The position numbers were made by a program, and so were the translations under genes. 54,492 nucleotides of DNA from a virus. Lineage: Duplodnaviria; Caudoviricetes. Each line of letters opens with the position of its first letter. Position 1 is the stretch's first letter. Of the stretch, positions 1 to 9,041 are shown piece after piece. The notes under the pieces are model-generated. The model did no database searches and had not been told where the DNA came from. It worked only from the letters and a program-made list of their open reading frames with translations. The stretch covers positions 1-54,492 of IMG/VR virus record IMGVR_UViG_3300035670_000271, one strand, 5' to 3'.

Positions 1-127
1 GCGCCTGCGCTTTTGATTCCATCGGCGACTAAGGCTCCTAACGAAATTTTGAAGGTATCATTAAAATCCTTACGCATTTCAGACAATAATGACGTAATAC
101 CAGACCCCAAATCAGAGAACCCTTTTT
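1..127. repeat. Terminal direct repeat (circular assembly overlap), left copy
   Basis: 1-127 is identical to 54366-54492; 127 bp matches a common assembler k-mer size. Confidence 0.95.
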
Positions 128-254
128 CTGCGTTGGAGGCAGACTGCTGAGTTATTTCACCAGTATCGAGTAAATTGCGTTGGATTTTTTTGAGCTCGGC
201 GCTTGCCTGATTGTCAACTGTGACCTTGAGGATAAGTTCGTCAACGATTGCCAT
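1..254 (-). CDS. Tape measure protein, N-terminal part (continues across the origin into 50792-54492)
   Basis: ATG at 254 overlaps the upstream stop (TAATG); MAIVDELILKVTVDNQAS...GFSDLGSGITSLL joins in frame with the 1227-aa ORF. Confidence 0.9.
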   Translation of the reverse strand, partial: MAIVDELILKVTVDNQASAELKKIQRNLLDTGEITQQSASNAEKGFSDLGSGITSLLSEMRKDFNDTFKISLGALVADGIKSAG

Positions 255-724
255 TATTTTCCCTCCCAACAATAGTCACGGACTGCGTCTGTTATCTCAT
301 CAACATCAGCATCCTGAAACAAGAGAAATTTGCGTTGTGGCAATTTGCGGCGCGGCGCATCTGAATTGTGATATTTTCCATAGGGAACGGAGGCCCCAAA
401 GGACAGAGAGGATTCCCGCGCGGACAAATCAATTTGCGCAATACTTTCGCCACTGTTGGATTCTGAAATGGTTGAGTCGACAAGGCGTCCAGTCAAACGC
501 AGGACAGGGTGCGTTTTTGTGTCTGGGTATTGGAGTTCCCCGTTGACGTTGCTCACTCGCTTCGGCCAACGGGCTGGACGCCCTTCTTCAGCGAAATTCT
601 GCGCGATAGATCGGGAAAGCACTCGCCGTGACGACTCTAACGCCTGACGCGGCGAACTGACCCGCTGGTCAATGGCGTTTAGCCGGTTTCTGACGTGTTC
701 GATTCCGAGTATGTCCACTTGCAT
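254..724 (-). CDS. Virion morphogenesis / tail completion protein (Mu gpG / P2 gpS-like)
   Basis: NFAEEGRP..W, LRLTGRL..S, GASVPYGKYHN and LPQRKFL motifs. Confidence 0.8.
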   Translation of the reverse strand: MQVDILGIEHVRNRLNAIDQRVSSPRQALESSRRVLSRSIAQNFAEEGRPARWPKRVSNVNGELQYPDTKTHPVLRLTGRLVDSTISESNSGESIAQIDLSARESSLSFGASVPYGKYHNSDAPRRKLPQRKFLLFQDADVDEITDAVRDYCWEGK

Positions 725-1064
725 GCTTCTCGCTCCAAACGGAAAAAATACTATTTAACCGGCGTAACGCCTCGGCTTGGTCTGCTGCCGGTATCTGATA
801 GATGAGAAAGAGATAATACGCTGTTGCAACGTCAAACCGCAACAACGGAGCAAACTGCCCAGTAGTTGTCACGCTCACTAATTGATATGAGTGCCACAAC
901 TCCCATAACACATAATTTTCAGGGAGCAACTCCGTATTGCCATGTATGGGACACGGCAACTTATATATTTTGCGCTGACTTAATGGCTTTCGCCGGTTCT
1001 CTGCAATACAGGTGGGGCAACGGTTCGCCTCATTATTGAGGGTTCGCTGCGCCCACTCTATGAG
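669..1064 (-). CDS. Tail assembly chaperone GT extension (-1 frameshift product)
   Basis: The -1 frame is open from the slippery A AAA AAC (1070-1064) through the 669..959 ORF; lies near the tape measure gene. Confidence 0.75.
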   Translation of the reverse strand, partial: LIEWAQRTLNNEANRCPTCIAENRRKPLSQRKIYKLPCPIHGNTELLPENYVLWELWHSYQLVSVTTTGQFAPLLRFDVATAYYLFLIYQIPAADQAEALRRLNSIFSVWSEKHASGHTRNRTRQKPAKRH

Positions 1065-1468
1065 TTTTTTCTTGCGTGTTCCTTCGCTTTCAACAAACGG
1101 TCATCTGCATCACTGCTTATCTTGGAAATCTTGTCATTTATCCATTTGATCACCGGCTGCGGGGCGTGGTCAAGCACGTAGCGCAGTCCCTTGTCATCTG
1201 CGTTGACCGGCGTTCCATCTGGATATTCAAGATGGCGGAACCCTCGGATGGCTCGCTGCCATCCTAACAATGAGAGCCGATAAAAATCCATTGACTCATG
1301 GATTTTATAATCATTTCCGGCGGCAACACTTTTGCGATCTGTGGCGTCCTGTGTGATTTTGATTCGTTCCGCCCATCCTATAGGTGCAAGGCAGACCTCC
1401 GGGATGGGGTCTGCCTCAAGAATGTCTATCGGATACCATACGTCATGAGATTCCTGTCCTAATATCAT
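1058..1468 (-). CDS. Tail assembly chaperone G
   Basis: Follows the tail tube gene; likely start MILGQ at 1468; ends in a slippery heptamer. Confidence 0.75.
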   Translation of the reverse strand: MILGQESHDVWYPIDILEADPIPEVCLAPIGWAERIKITQDATDRKSVAAGNDYKIHESMDFYRLSLLGWQRAIRGFRHLEYPDGTPVNADDKGLRYVLDHAPQPVIKWINDKISKISSDADDRLLKAKEHARKNS

Positions 1469-1487
1469 AATAGATCCTTTGCTGTGA

Positions 1488-2933
1488 TTAGAAAAACGCC
1501 AGAATAAGCGGGGCAAGACTTCCTTCTTTCCGGGCATGCCATGAGACATCTTGCGTCCATAGCCCATCGGTGTCAACGGGTTGGACGTTATTCCGTCGCA
1601 TATTCGGCACAATAATCAACGGTTGATTGCCTTCCGTGTCACCCAACAGCAACAGCAGCGGCGCGGCGGTTCTGGCATCCCAGGCAGTATACTGCGAATC
1701 ATCTTCAAGGTCAAAATCAAAGACGCCTGTCGTGTTCCGTGCGCTATAATGCAACGACCGTATCCCGCTGTCATTGACCATTGACATCCGTTTTGTGATA
1801 GCATAGCCCAAATCAGCTTCAAATTTTTGGGTATACAAGGCATCACGGTCTGCGTTGAGCGAGACGACAGCCCCTAAACAGATGGGCGGCTCTGATTCGT
1901 CAGGCGTCGGGGCAAGACTCAATGTCGTGAAATCTGACCCGGTATGAACAACATCCCACCCCGCAAATTCGAGCGTGAATTGCACTTTGGGAATTTGTCC
2001 CGTTGTCGCGTTTTGGATGGTCATGTTCGGACGGCATCCCCAGAACCGATACCAGAGACCCTCTTTGTCTTCGCAGTCAAGGAAGATGTGAACGCTGACG
2101 GTGATCTGGTCTTCATCCTTCATTTTGTATGTCACGCCACCTTGCACGGCATTGGCGTCAAGTGGTTCGGCGCTCAGATATGGCGTCAAATAGAGTTCGT
2201 TATCCGTGCCTCCGATCGTCGCAACAGCCGTTACTTCGCTATATTCATAAGTCGGGGATGCTCCTGTCTGGTCAATGTCAATCTTGACCGCATCCTCAAC
2301 CGCGAAGGCGGTCGTGCTTCCGACAATCACTCGTGAAATGAGTTGTAGCGCATTTCCGGCCACCGGAACGGCGCTCAGAGCATCCGTCAATACGATTTCG
2401 TCATGGTCAACATTGAACGTTGACGTCAATATTGTGGCTTGTTCATACGTTCCCGCGCCTCCTGGCGACACATCAATCAGGATGACATCACCGGCTTTAA
2501 ACCACGCGGCGCCGTGCGCGTGGTCAACGTCAAAGGCCGTATCTGTCGGGACGGGGGAGGCGTTGAGCGTTAAAAGCGCGGCATTTCCGCTGACAGTCTT
2601 GTCTGCCGCGTTCAGGGGGTTGGTTGCCGTGCTAAATTGTGCCCGCAGAAGCGTATCAAGCTCCGGGACGGTTTTGCGAGTGCCGCTGCCACGAAGCTCT
2701 CCTGTGAGCGTTAGGCTCCCCGTCTGCATCCCCTGTAAGGTTTGCAATGCGTCAAGGCTTCCGTTGATAGCGTCTCGCGCAACCTCTTCATATCCGTGAT
2801 CAAAGGCAAAACCAGCGTCAAGCAGCACAAAATCAGCATTGACCGGTGGTGTTTCAAGCGTGTAGCAGGTCGTTTCTTCCTTTATCGCGATATAGGTATT
2901 CTTGACTTGTAATCCTTCAATCGTACAGGCCAT
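1488..2933 (-). CDS. Major tail (tube) protein with inserted repeated domains
   Basis: IAIKEET.Y N-terminus and GSLTLTGELRGSG motif; lies between terminator and chaperone genes. Confidence 0.75.
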   Translation of the reverse strand: MACTIEGLQVKNTYIAIKEETTCYTLETPPVNADFVLLDAGFAFDHGYEEVARDAINGSLDALQTLQGMQTGSLTLTGELRGSGTRKTVPELDTLLRAQFSTATNPLNAADKTVSGNAALLTLNASPVPTDTAFDVDHAHGAAWFKAGDVILIDVSPGGAGTYEQATILTSTFNVDHDEIVLTDALSAVPVAGNALQLISRVIVGSTTAFAVEDAVKIDIDQTGASPTYEYSEVTAVATIGGTDNELYLTPYLSAEPLDANAVQGGVTYKMKDEDQITVSVHIFLDCEDKEGLWYRFWGCRPNMTIQNATTGQIPKVQFTLEFAGWDVVHTGSDFTTLSLAPTPDESEPPICLGAVVSLNADRDALYTQKFEADLGYAITKRMSMVNDSGIRSLHYSARNTTGVFDFDLEDDSQYTAWDARTAAPLLLLLGDTEGNQPLIIVPNMRRNNVQPVDTDGLWTQDVSWHARKEGSLAPLILAFF

Positions 2934-2936
2934 TGG

Positions 2937-3281
2937 TTAGCCCTCCTGTTCCGCGAGTCTGGCTTGTAATAATACAAGCAGGTCTTCGCGGGTTTGAATG
3001 TCCATTGGAGCTTTGGGCGCGTCAAGCGTGCGCGACCTCAGCAAGCTCTTGTCATAGAGTTCCAGACTTAATGCGATAATGTCCGTCACATCGGAACGAA
3101 TCGCGGCCACCGCGTCCTGTGATGTGCCGACGACGTTGACACCTTTTTTGATAATTTGTGCCATTTCAATGGAGTTTTTCACCCGTGACACTTCAGCCAT
3201 GACGTGCTGAACTGTTTGGGCTATCGAATAGAAGTCCTTGACGTCAAGCTTTCTTGCTGTATGTTCGTCTTTTTTACTCAT
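2937..3281 (-). CDS. Hypothetical virion-module protein
   Basis: 114-aa ORF tightly packed in the operon. Confidence 0.6.
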   Translation of the reverse strand: MSKKDEHTARKLDVKDFYSIAQTVQHVMAEVSRVKNSIEMAQIIKKGVNVVGTSQDAVAAIRSDVTDIIALSLELYDKSLLRSRTLDAPKAPMDIQTREDLLVLLQARLAEQEG

Positions 3282-3738
3282 AACATTCTATCCATCGGTA
3301 GAGAAGAGGGATGCGTCCCTCCCATCTATCAACGTAATTTCTCCCGCTAAACGCTGGAAATACAATCGTTCCGACGTTGGCGTCTAAAAGAGTTAATCCC
3401 ATCTTGTTCCGATGTAGCAGAGTGCTTATCTCATAGCAGAGTGATTTCAAATCTTTTGACGGGGTGTCCGGCCCGTGATTAGCTTTTGAAAAGTCCTCTG
3501 TGTACGCATGGATAATTGCCTCAAACGTAATAAAAGAGCTATGCCCCGCCATATCCCTATCCTGCCGGGTGACGGCTCCGCTGGCAATCGCGATCCCAGG
3601 CATAGGAAGCGATGGTGCAATGTCTCCGTTTTCGGAAATCGTGACGGCATGCGCACACACTCCATACCCTTTTAAGGCTGTTGAGCCTTGCAAAACATCT
3701 TGAATCCCATCCAATATTGAGACAATCACGTTACTCAT
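3274..3738 (-). CDS. Putative tail terminator (Mu gp37-like)
   Basis: Size, position and PGIAI motif. Confidence 0.55.
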   Translation of the reverse strand: MSNVIVSILDGIQDVLQGSTALKGYGVCAHAVTISENGDIAPSLPMPGIAIASGAVTRQDRDMAGHSSFITFEAIIHAYTEDFSKANHGPDTPSKDLKSLCYEISTLLHRNKMGLTLLDANVGTIVFPAFSGRNYVDRWEGRIPLLYRWIECYE

Positions 3739-4214
3739 ACTTGCAACACATACGAGTTAAATGCACTATTTTTGCGTGAAAATACCGGCGTCCAGTTCCG
3801 AGTCGTTGAAACGGCGTTGCCTGACGTGACGGCGTTGCCTGGGTTTGGCAACTCCTCCCCATCTGAAACAAGGGGAATATCACCTGCTGCGATTTGTTCC
3901 AATTTTCGCATAGCTTCCTTGTATGCGAAAATATACATCTCTCCGGCTTGTTGATTGGTCGATGCCAACCAAAAGATCGCCAACGAGTCTTCAATATCCT
4001 TGAGGATGTCAGGAATAGCATCACCCACAAATGGCAAGTAGTCGCCGTAGCGCGTCTGTAAATGGCTGTTGATGCAATTATAGCCGTAAACGCGGGCGGC
4101 GTCAAGCTTCTCTGGGTCGACCACGCCTTCACAGGTGGCTGCCCAGGACAGGATAACTCGCTCTCCTGTCCTGAGAATCAGTCTGGCGTCTGTTGTATAT
4201 GTCACAGTTGCCAT
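3735..4214 (-). CDS. Head-tail connector (Mu gp36 / DUF1320-like)
   Basis: YTT..L, INSHL..RY..LP...P..L, YKEAMRKLEQIAAG.I.L pattern. Confidence 0.8.
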   Translation of the reverse strand: MATVTYTTDARLILRTGERVILSWAATCEGVVDPEKLDAARVYGYNCINSHLQTRYGDYLPFVGDAIPDILKDIEDSLAIFWLASTNQQAGEMYIFAYKEAMRKLEQIAAGDIPLVSDGEELPNPGNAVTSGNAVSTTRNWTPVFSRKNSAFNSYVLQV

Positions 4215-4223
4215 GATTTCCCC

Positions 4224-4874
4224 TTAGAAGCAGGCTGCGCCGTCTGCCACTTTCAAGTCATCACCAGCCTGATCACAAAAACAGACAATATTGGCGGTGT
4301 CATTATAGAAGATTGTCCCCTCTGGAAATGTGCCGCACGGATCGGACGTCTCAAATTCTAATTTGAGCGCGGCGCTAACTTCGACAACAGGAGATGTTAA
4401 GAGGATAGTGCCATCAGTGCTGTTGTCAATCGTTTCGCCATTGACTAATGTCACAACGCCTGTGCTTTCAATTGCAAACTTTTCAGCGGCGGCGGCTCCG
4501 GCGGCCATGAGTTTGACTGAAAAAGAGGCATCTTCTGACGTTGCGGTCGCGTCGTCAATCACGGCGTCTAATTGCATGACGGTCTCATTGTTTGCCGCGC
4601 TGGTTTCCTGGACAAATGACGCTCCGACTCCGATCCCCGTCGCAGGGGTTCCGCTGGTTTGGTGCGTCAACGTAGCGGGACGGCTCACGGTATTCGTCAA
4701 TGCCGTGTTGGTGGTACTGTCAGTCGATGACAACGTCACGGAAAAATTTCCGTTGCTGTCGAGAGCGCCTGACAAAATCTGCTCAACTGTTCCTACTCTG
4801 GTTTCTGCCGCAACAATTGTTAATGTGAACATCAACACAAGCAGGCTTGCAAGAATATATATGCGTTTTTTCAT
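4224..4874 (-). CDS. Hypothetical protein with N-terminal signal-peptide-like segment
   Basis: MKKR, then a hydrophobic stretch ending VAA; Thr/Ser/Ala-rich body. Confidence 0.65.
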   Translation of the reverse strand: MKKRIYILASLLVLMFTLTIVAAETRVGTVEQILSGALDSNGNFSVTLSSTDSTTNTALTNTVSRPATLTHQTSGTPATGIGVGASFVQETSAANNETVMQLDAVIDDATATSEDASFSVKLMAAGAAAAEKFAIESTGVVTLVNGETIDNSTDGTILLTSPVVEVSAALKLEFETSDPCGTFPEGTIFYNDTANIVCFCDQAGDDLKVADGAACF

Positions 4875-4890
4875 GTTGTATCCCTTACAG

Positions 4891-4913
4891 AAAAGGGGCG
4901 GGAGTCCCGCCCC
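4891..4913 (-). terminator. Rho-independent terminator after the major capsid gene
   Basis: ggggcggg-agt-cccgcccc stem followed by a T-run on the minus strand. Confidence 0.7.
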
Positions 4914-4918
4914 GTGTG

Positions 4919-5893
4919 TTATGAAATGGCGTCCTCAATCATGTAGGCCGCGCTGCTGTCAATAATGGCTTCGTCAACGGACTGGTCAACTTCAACCCAT
5001 ACGCCGCCGCCACCTCTGGCCTCATCGCGATACACGCGAACGCGAATGCCATCTTGACCGCCTTCGGGGGTGAACCTGAACGTTTTAAAGGCGCTATTGT
5101 CCATCGTGGACGGGCTGGGGTTGATGTAAGCAACCACACAGTGTTTTGTCCAGATATAGCCTTTGGTGAATGTGGTTTTCGTCTTCGGGGTGCTGTCGTA
5201 CATTGCCTCGCAGACATAGACGTTATTTACCCGGAAGATTTGCGCCAACAGTTGCGGCGTCACCATCGCTGGCGATCCAGGATAGGCTCCCCCGGTGATG
5301 CGCTCCAAAATCTGAGGATGTGACGTCAGTTGAATAAACACGTCCAACCCCATAAAGACGGTGTTCGGCTTTTTGTGACATGCCTGATATGCCGTCCATA
5401 TAATATCAATGGGGATGCTGTCAACGCTACTATGGTTATCCCATTGTGTCGCGGCGACAAGTTGCGTTTTGTTCGCAGCGGGATAATTCGCCGACGTGAA
5501 CGCTAACGTCTCGCAACGGCTCTCTCGCGCCAACATGAGTTTTGACATCAAGACGGTTGTCGTCTCTTCTTCCATGTCAAGGCTTCCCTGCCCGTTCGCT
5601 TGGTTTTGTTGATTGCGCATTTCGTTATCAGAGATAAAGAATTTCTGCGCTTTATCGGCGCAGTTGTACTCTGATAGGCTGATCGCGTAGTTTGCGCTCT
5701 TGGCTTCATCAGACGGCCCGCGCTCAACGTCTGGAATTGAAAGCTCGTTTTTCTTTGCGAAGACGCGATATTGTCCGCTCTGCGTGGATACCGGCACAAA
5801 CGGAAAGAGGATGTCTTGCATGTAATCGTTTCCGTCGTTCCGCGTCCTGATTGCAAGGTCTGTCAATAACGGCTTTACATATTCTCTACTCAT
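4919..5893 (-). CDS. Major capsid protein
   Basis: 324 aa; LTDLAI..N, ILFPFVPV, KPNTVFMG.DVF..L..HP.I pattern; follows protease and decoration genes. Confidence 0.85.
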   Translation of the reverse strand: MSREYVKPLLTDLAIRTRNDGNDYMQDILFPFVPVSTQSGQYRVFAKKNELSIPDVERGPSDEAKSANYAISLSEYNCADKAQKFFISDNEMRNQQNQANGQGSLDMEEETTTVLMSKLMLARESRCETLAFTSANYPAANKTQLVAATQWDNHSSVDSIPIDIIWTAYQACHKKPNTVFMGLDVFIQLTSHPQILERITGGAYPGSPAMVTPQLLAQIFRVNNVYVCEAMYDSTPKTKTTFTKGYIWTKHCVVAYINPSPSTMDNSAFKTFRFTPEGGQDGIRVRVYRDEARGGGGVWVEVDQSVDEAIIDSSAAYMIEDAIS

Positions 5894-5905
5894 CGGTTTT
5901 TCTCC

Positions 5906-6292
5906 TTACGGTTTCACGTATCCGACCATCTTGGCTTCGATACATTCGGCTGCGCCGGTTGCGGTTTCGAGTGCAATGCCACACACCCAGTCAGTGGATA
6001 CGGCTTTTTGTGCGCGTCCTAATGTCGCCGCGACGGTCAATTCGTCGCCGGGAATGACGGCTTCTGTCACAATGACTGGCATAATATTGCCAAGACCGAA
6101 CGCCGTGAACGTGGTGGTGTCGTCAGCAGATTCATACGCAACGCCATGCACATATACGCCCTTCGCGGCGGGAATCTTTGCTTGCCCATCGCTTGACCCT
6201 AATCCAACCAGGGCATATTCTGTGATCGCGCCTTCTGCGGTTTTTGTAATGCCTGACCCAGGCACAAATTTTGCTTGCGCTTCTGTTGCCAT
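5906..6292 (-). CDS. Head decoration / cement protein (DUF2190-like)
   Basis: Small Ala/Gly-rich protein with C-terminal GIALETAT; directly upstream of the capsid gene. Confidence 0.7.
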   Translation of the reverse strand: MATEAQAKFVPGSGITKTAEGAITEYALVGLGSSDGQAKIPAAKGVYVHGVAYESADDTTTFTAFGLGNIMPVIVTEAVIPGDELTVAATLGRAQKAVSTDWVCGIALETATGAAECIEAKMVGYVKP

Positions 6293-6296
6293 GTGT

Positions 6297-7595
6297 TTAG
6301 TCCTCCTCTCGGAACAGTTCAGGGCGTTCGCCCTTGACCGCTAACCGAGCTTGCAAGTATGGAATGTTGTCTGTTTTTATACGTTCCTCAATAAGGTGTC
6401 GCGCTTCAGTAACGTTATCGGCGAAGCGGGCTTTTGGCTCGGCGATTTGACCCATAGGCACGGCGCCGACGCCCTGCTCGGCGAATCCTTGCAAAAGATG
6501 ACAGAATTCATCTCGCAGGCTATGCGTCCGACCCTCCGCAAACTGGACTTTCCCGGAGTGCGACAGCTTCTGTGCAAACTGCTGGATATGTTGGCCTGTC
6601 AAAATTTGTGACGCATGATGTTTGACGGCTAACGTCTCGAAAAAATGCGCTAACTTTTCAGCAGCCTTGTCTTCTCTGGCTTGCTGTAGCTCGTTTCTGA
6701 GCGCCGAAATCTCATCGCGCATGGCGATCATGTCTGGCGTGTCGGTGATAGCCGTTTCCATTGGTGATACGGCATCGGCATCAACTATGGTAGGCGGTTC
6801 TGGTAGTTCTGGGGCGTTTTCTGCTGGCGTCTCTTGCGGGCGATCCTGTTGAGGCACTACGGAGATGTCAAGAGATGCGGAAGGAGTGTCTGCCTCACGT
6901 TCCCAGGGCGTCGGCTCGCCGTCAATGAATCCATACGCAGAGAGCACGCGACCTCGTAAGTCATCATTAGGCAGGATGTCGCCGGATTCCAATTTGTCGA
7001 GAATGACGGCATCAATCCCTGATGCCTCGGAAATCTCGGCAAGCGTTTTTCCGTCCGCTGCGCGTTTGGCTGACAAGAGTTGAGTGTTTGGCATTGGTTT
7101 GTTCTCCTCTTGGTGTGAAAATGTAATTGTCACAATGTCAGGCGATAGCCTGCCATCGTGAAATGGATGAAGTAACTCTTTTGGAAACATCCCCTTGACC
7201 GCAGGAGGCATCTTTGCGCCTAAAAAGCTAATTCCCGCGATGACGTTTCTCAGAACCCTCCCCCCTTGCGTAGGATACCGGAAGAAGAGGTCAACCGAGC
7301 GGTTAGGATAATGCGCGTCAAGGAGAGGAATCAGGCTGTCAGGGATGTTTTGAACTTCTGCGAAGACAGATTTGACTCCGTCTTTCGCCTTTTGAAGGAA
7401 ATATCTTGCGGCCATACCAAAAGAGGCTTCGCGGATAATTTCTGGGGCAACTTCCTCATGATTGAGCGAGATCAGCGCCCTGAATTCATGGCGAGCAGCA
7501 TTCGAATTATTGACCATATCAATGAGATCATGGTCTCCGAAGTGGTAGCCGTTCCAATTTCCAGGGCGGAAAATCTCGTAAATACGTGTTGCCAT
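6297..7595 (-). CDS. Prohead protease-scaffold protein (Mu gpI/Z-like) with an internal XRE-HTH
   Basis: EIFRPGNW, SLNH, YPNRSV, ISFLGAKMPPAVKGM; internal RBS and ATG at 7094. Confidence 0.8.
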   Translation of the reverse strand: MATRIYEIFRPGNWNGYHFGDHDLIDMVNNSNAARHEFRALISLNHEEVAPEIIREASFGMAARYFLQKAKDGVKSVFAEVQNIPDSLIPLLDAHYPNRSVDLFFRYPTQGGRVLRNVIAGISFLGAKMPPAVKGMFPKELLHPFHDGRLSPDIVTITFSHQEENKPMPNTQLLSAKRAADGKTLAEISEASGIDAVILDKLESGDILPNDDLRGRVLSAYGFIDGEPTPWEREADTPSASLDISVVPQQDRPQETPAENAPELPEPPTIVDADAVSPMETAITDTPDMIAMRDEISALRNELQQAREDKAAEKLAHFFETLAVKHHASQILTGQHIQQFAQKLSHSGKVQFAEGRTHSLRDEFCHLLQGFAEQGVGAVPMGQIAEPKARFADNVTEARHLIEERIKTDNIPYLQARLAVKGERPELFREED

Positions 7596-7671
7596 ATCTT
7601 TCATGTAACACTTTTCACAGCAACCTGTCAAGTGTTAATGAGAAGAATGGCAAACGAGCGCAAATACAAAC

Positions 7672-7709
7672 AAAAAAAGCCACTTCGCTTGGCCGAAGTG
7701 GCTTTTTTT
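7672..7709. terminator. Bidirectional rho-independent terminator
   Basis: aaaaaaagccacttcg-cttggc-cgaagtggcttttttt. Confidence 0.85.
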
Positions 7710-7720
7710 GTAAAAGAATA

Positions 7721-9031
7721 TTAGCGGATTTCTTTCCATTGGATTGCCGCCCTGACGGAGCTGTCACTGGTTGACGTCCTAATCGCCGCAATCGTCAAAA
7801 TGTCTGACGTCCCCGTGCGACGCAAGGAGAGAATAGTCTTGCCGAGCAGTCCTGATACTTGTGTCAGGCTATTCCGCCCCGTCGCCAAAAAATCAGAGAA
7901 AATCACGGTTCCCCCGCTCACGACAGTGGCGGCGGTATCAACGTCCATTCCACTTGTCGCGCCAACTGATGCGAAATTCGCGCCAATGAGGGTCGGTCGG
8001 TATAAAATGACATACCTGATCGGGTTATCCCCTGTCACGGTAAACCCGTCAGGCACGTAAAGCCCGCGATTCGTCAGGCTGTTGAATGTGGCGGATGGGC
8101 GGATGGACATAATGGGGATAAGCGTCGTGCTGACAGTCTTTGCTCCTGTTCCTGTATCGGCTGACCGCTGAAGCCCTGGTAACGATCTCAGGTCAAGACC
8201 ACCCTCACTCTTGACGGTCGCGCAAATCGCCCGCATGGTTGCCGAGGCATTCGCGGCAAGGCGATAGCGCAGGCCGATGGCATTGGACGTGTCACCGTAG
8301 CCCATCTCAGCATACGTGTATGTCGCATCGTTGTAAATCCTCCAAAAGATAGGGAGCGTCGGCGTCTGCCAATAGCCCGTTGCCCGAATATTGTCATTAT
8401 AAATCTCATGAAGAGGAACTGGGGAGCCATTTCTCACAAGCGCGAATCTGATGCGCCCAACTTTCAGGCTTTGAAAGTCAATGCTCAAAATCTGAGAGGT
8501 TGACCAATCAACATCAGATACGCTATTTTTGTTCCAGACGCTTTGCGCGTATGTGGTTTCTGTCGTTGACCCGCTAATGGACGTGCGTAGAAACAAAAAC
8601 GCGATTCCGGTTCCGATGTCTGCGTTGTCAAGCGTTCCTGTAATGTCAATGAGGGCGCTGTTCCCTGGAGTGTATGGAATGTCATAACTATAGAGCGCGG
8701 CGCTTGTGCCGTTGGTCACTTCGGTCGTTGCTAACACGACATCCCTGGCGTTCGCGTTGTGTGTGACTGTCGCGTTGCCTGATTTCACTTCGTCGATGAT
8801 GTCTGGCTGTTTCCCATAGATAAACTCGACATCTAACCGCTGTCCCGTATCAGAGACGCGCTGACGTCCGAAGGCATCCAGGTTGAGGCTGTCTGGCGTC
8901 GTTGACTGGATGCTGTTGGTAGTTGCGTCATAAATGTTATTCAGGATAACATTGTCTGGATAATTTGACCCAAAAATAACAATGACGGGAATGGTGAGAA
9001 TACAAAGTGATACAAGTGCAAATTTTTTCAT
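7721..9031 (-). CDS. Putative virion structural protein with signal-peptide-like N-terminus
   Basis: 436 aa, beta-rich; LDAFGRQRVS and IDFQ.L.VGRIRF motifs resemble phage structural proteins. Confidence 0.55.
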   Translation of the reverse strand: MKKFALVSLCILTIPVIVIFGSNYPDNVILNNIYDATTNSIQSTTPDSLNLDAFGRQRVSDTGQRLDVEFIYGKQPDIIDEVKSGNATVTHNANARDVVLATTEVTNGTSAALYSYDIPYTPGNSALIDITGTLDNADIGTGIAFLFLRTSISGSTTETTYAQSVWNKNSVSDVDWSTSQILSIDFQSLKVGRIRFALVRNGSPVPLHEIYNDNIRATGYWQTPTLPIFWRIYNDATYTYAEMGYGDTSNAIGLRYRLAANASATMRAICATVKSEGGLDLRSLPGLQRSADTGTGAKTVSTTLIPIMSIRPSATFNSLTNRGLYVPDGFTVTGDNPIRYVILYRPTLIGANFASVGATSGMDVDTAATVVSGGTVIFSDFLATGRNSLTQVSGLLGKTILSLRRTGTSDILTIAAIRTSTSDSSVRAAIQWKEIR

Positions 9032-9041
9032 GGCTGCCTCC

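Noticed and set aside
1-127. Biological terminal repeat
   Set aside because: It falls inside the tape measure gene and has k-mer length, so it is an assembly overlap
3274-7595. Transposable Mu-like phage
   Set aside because: Only the morphogenesis genes are Mu-like; there is no DDE transposase, MuB or host-DNA ends
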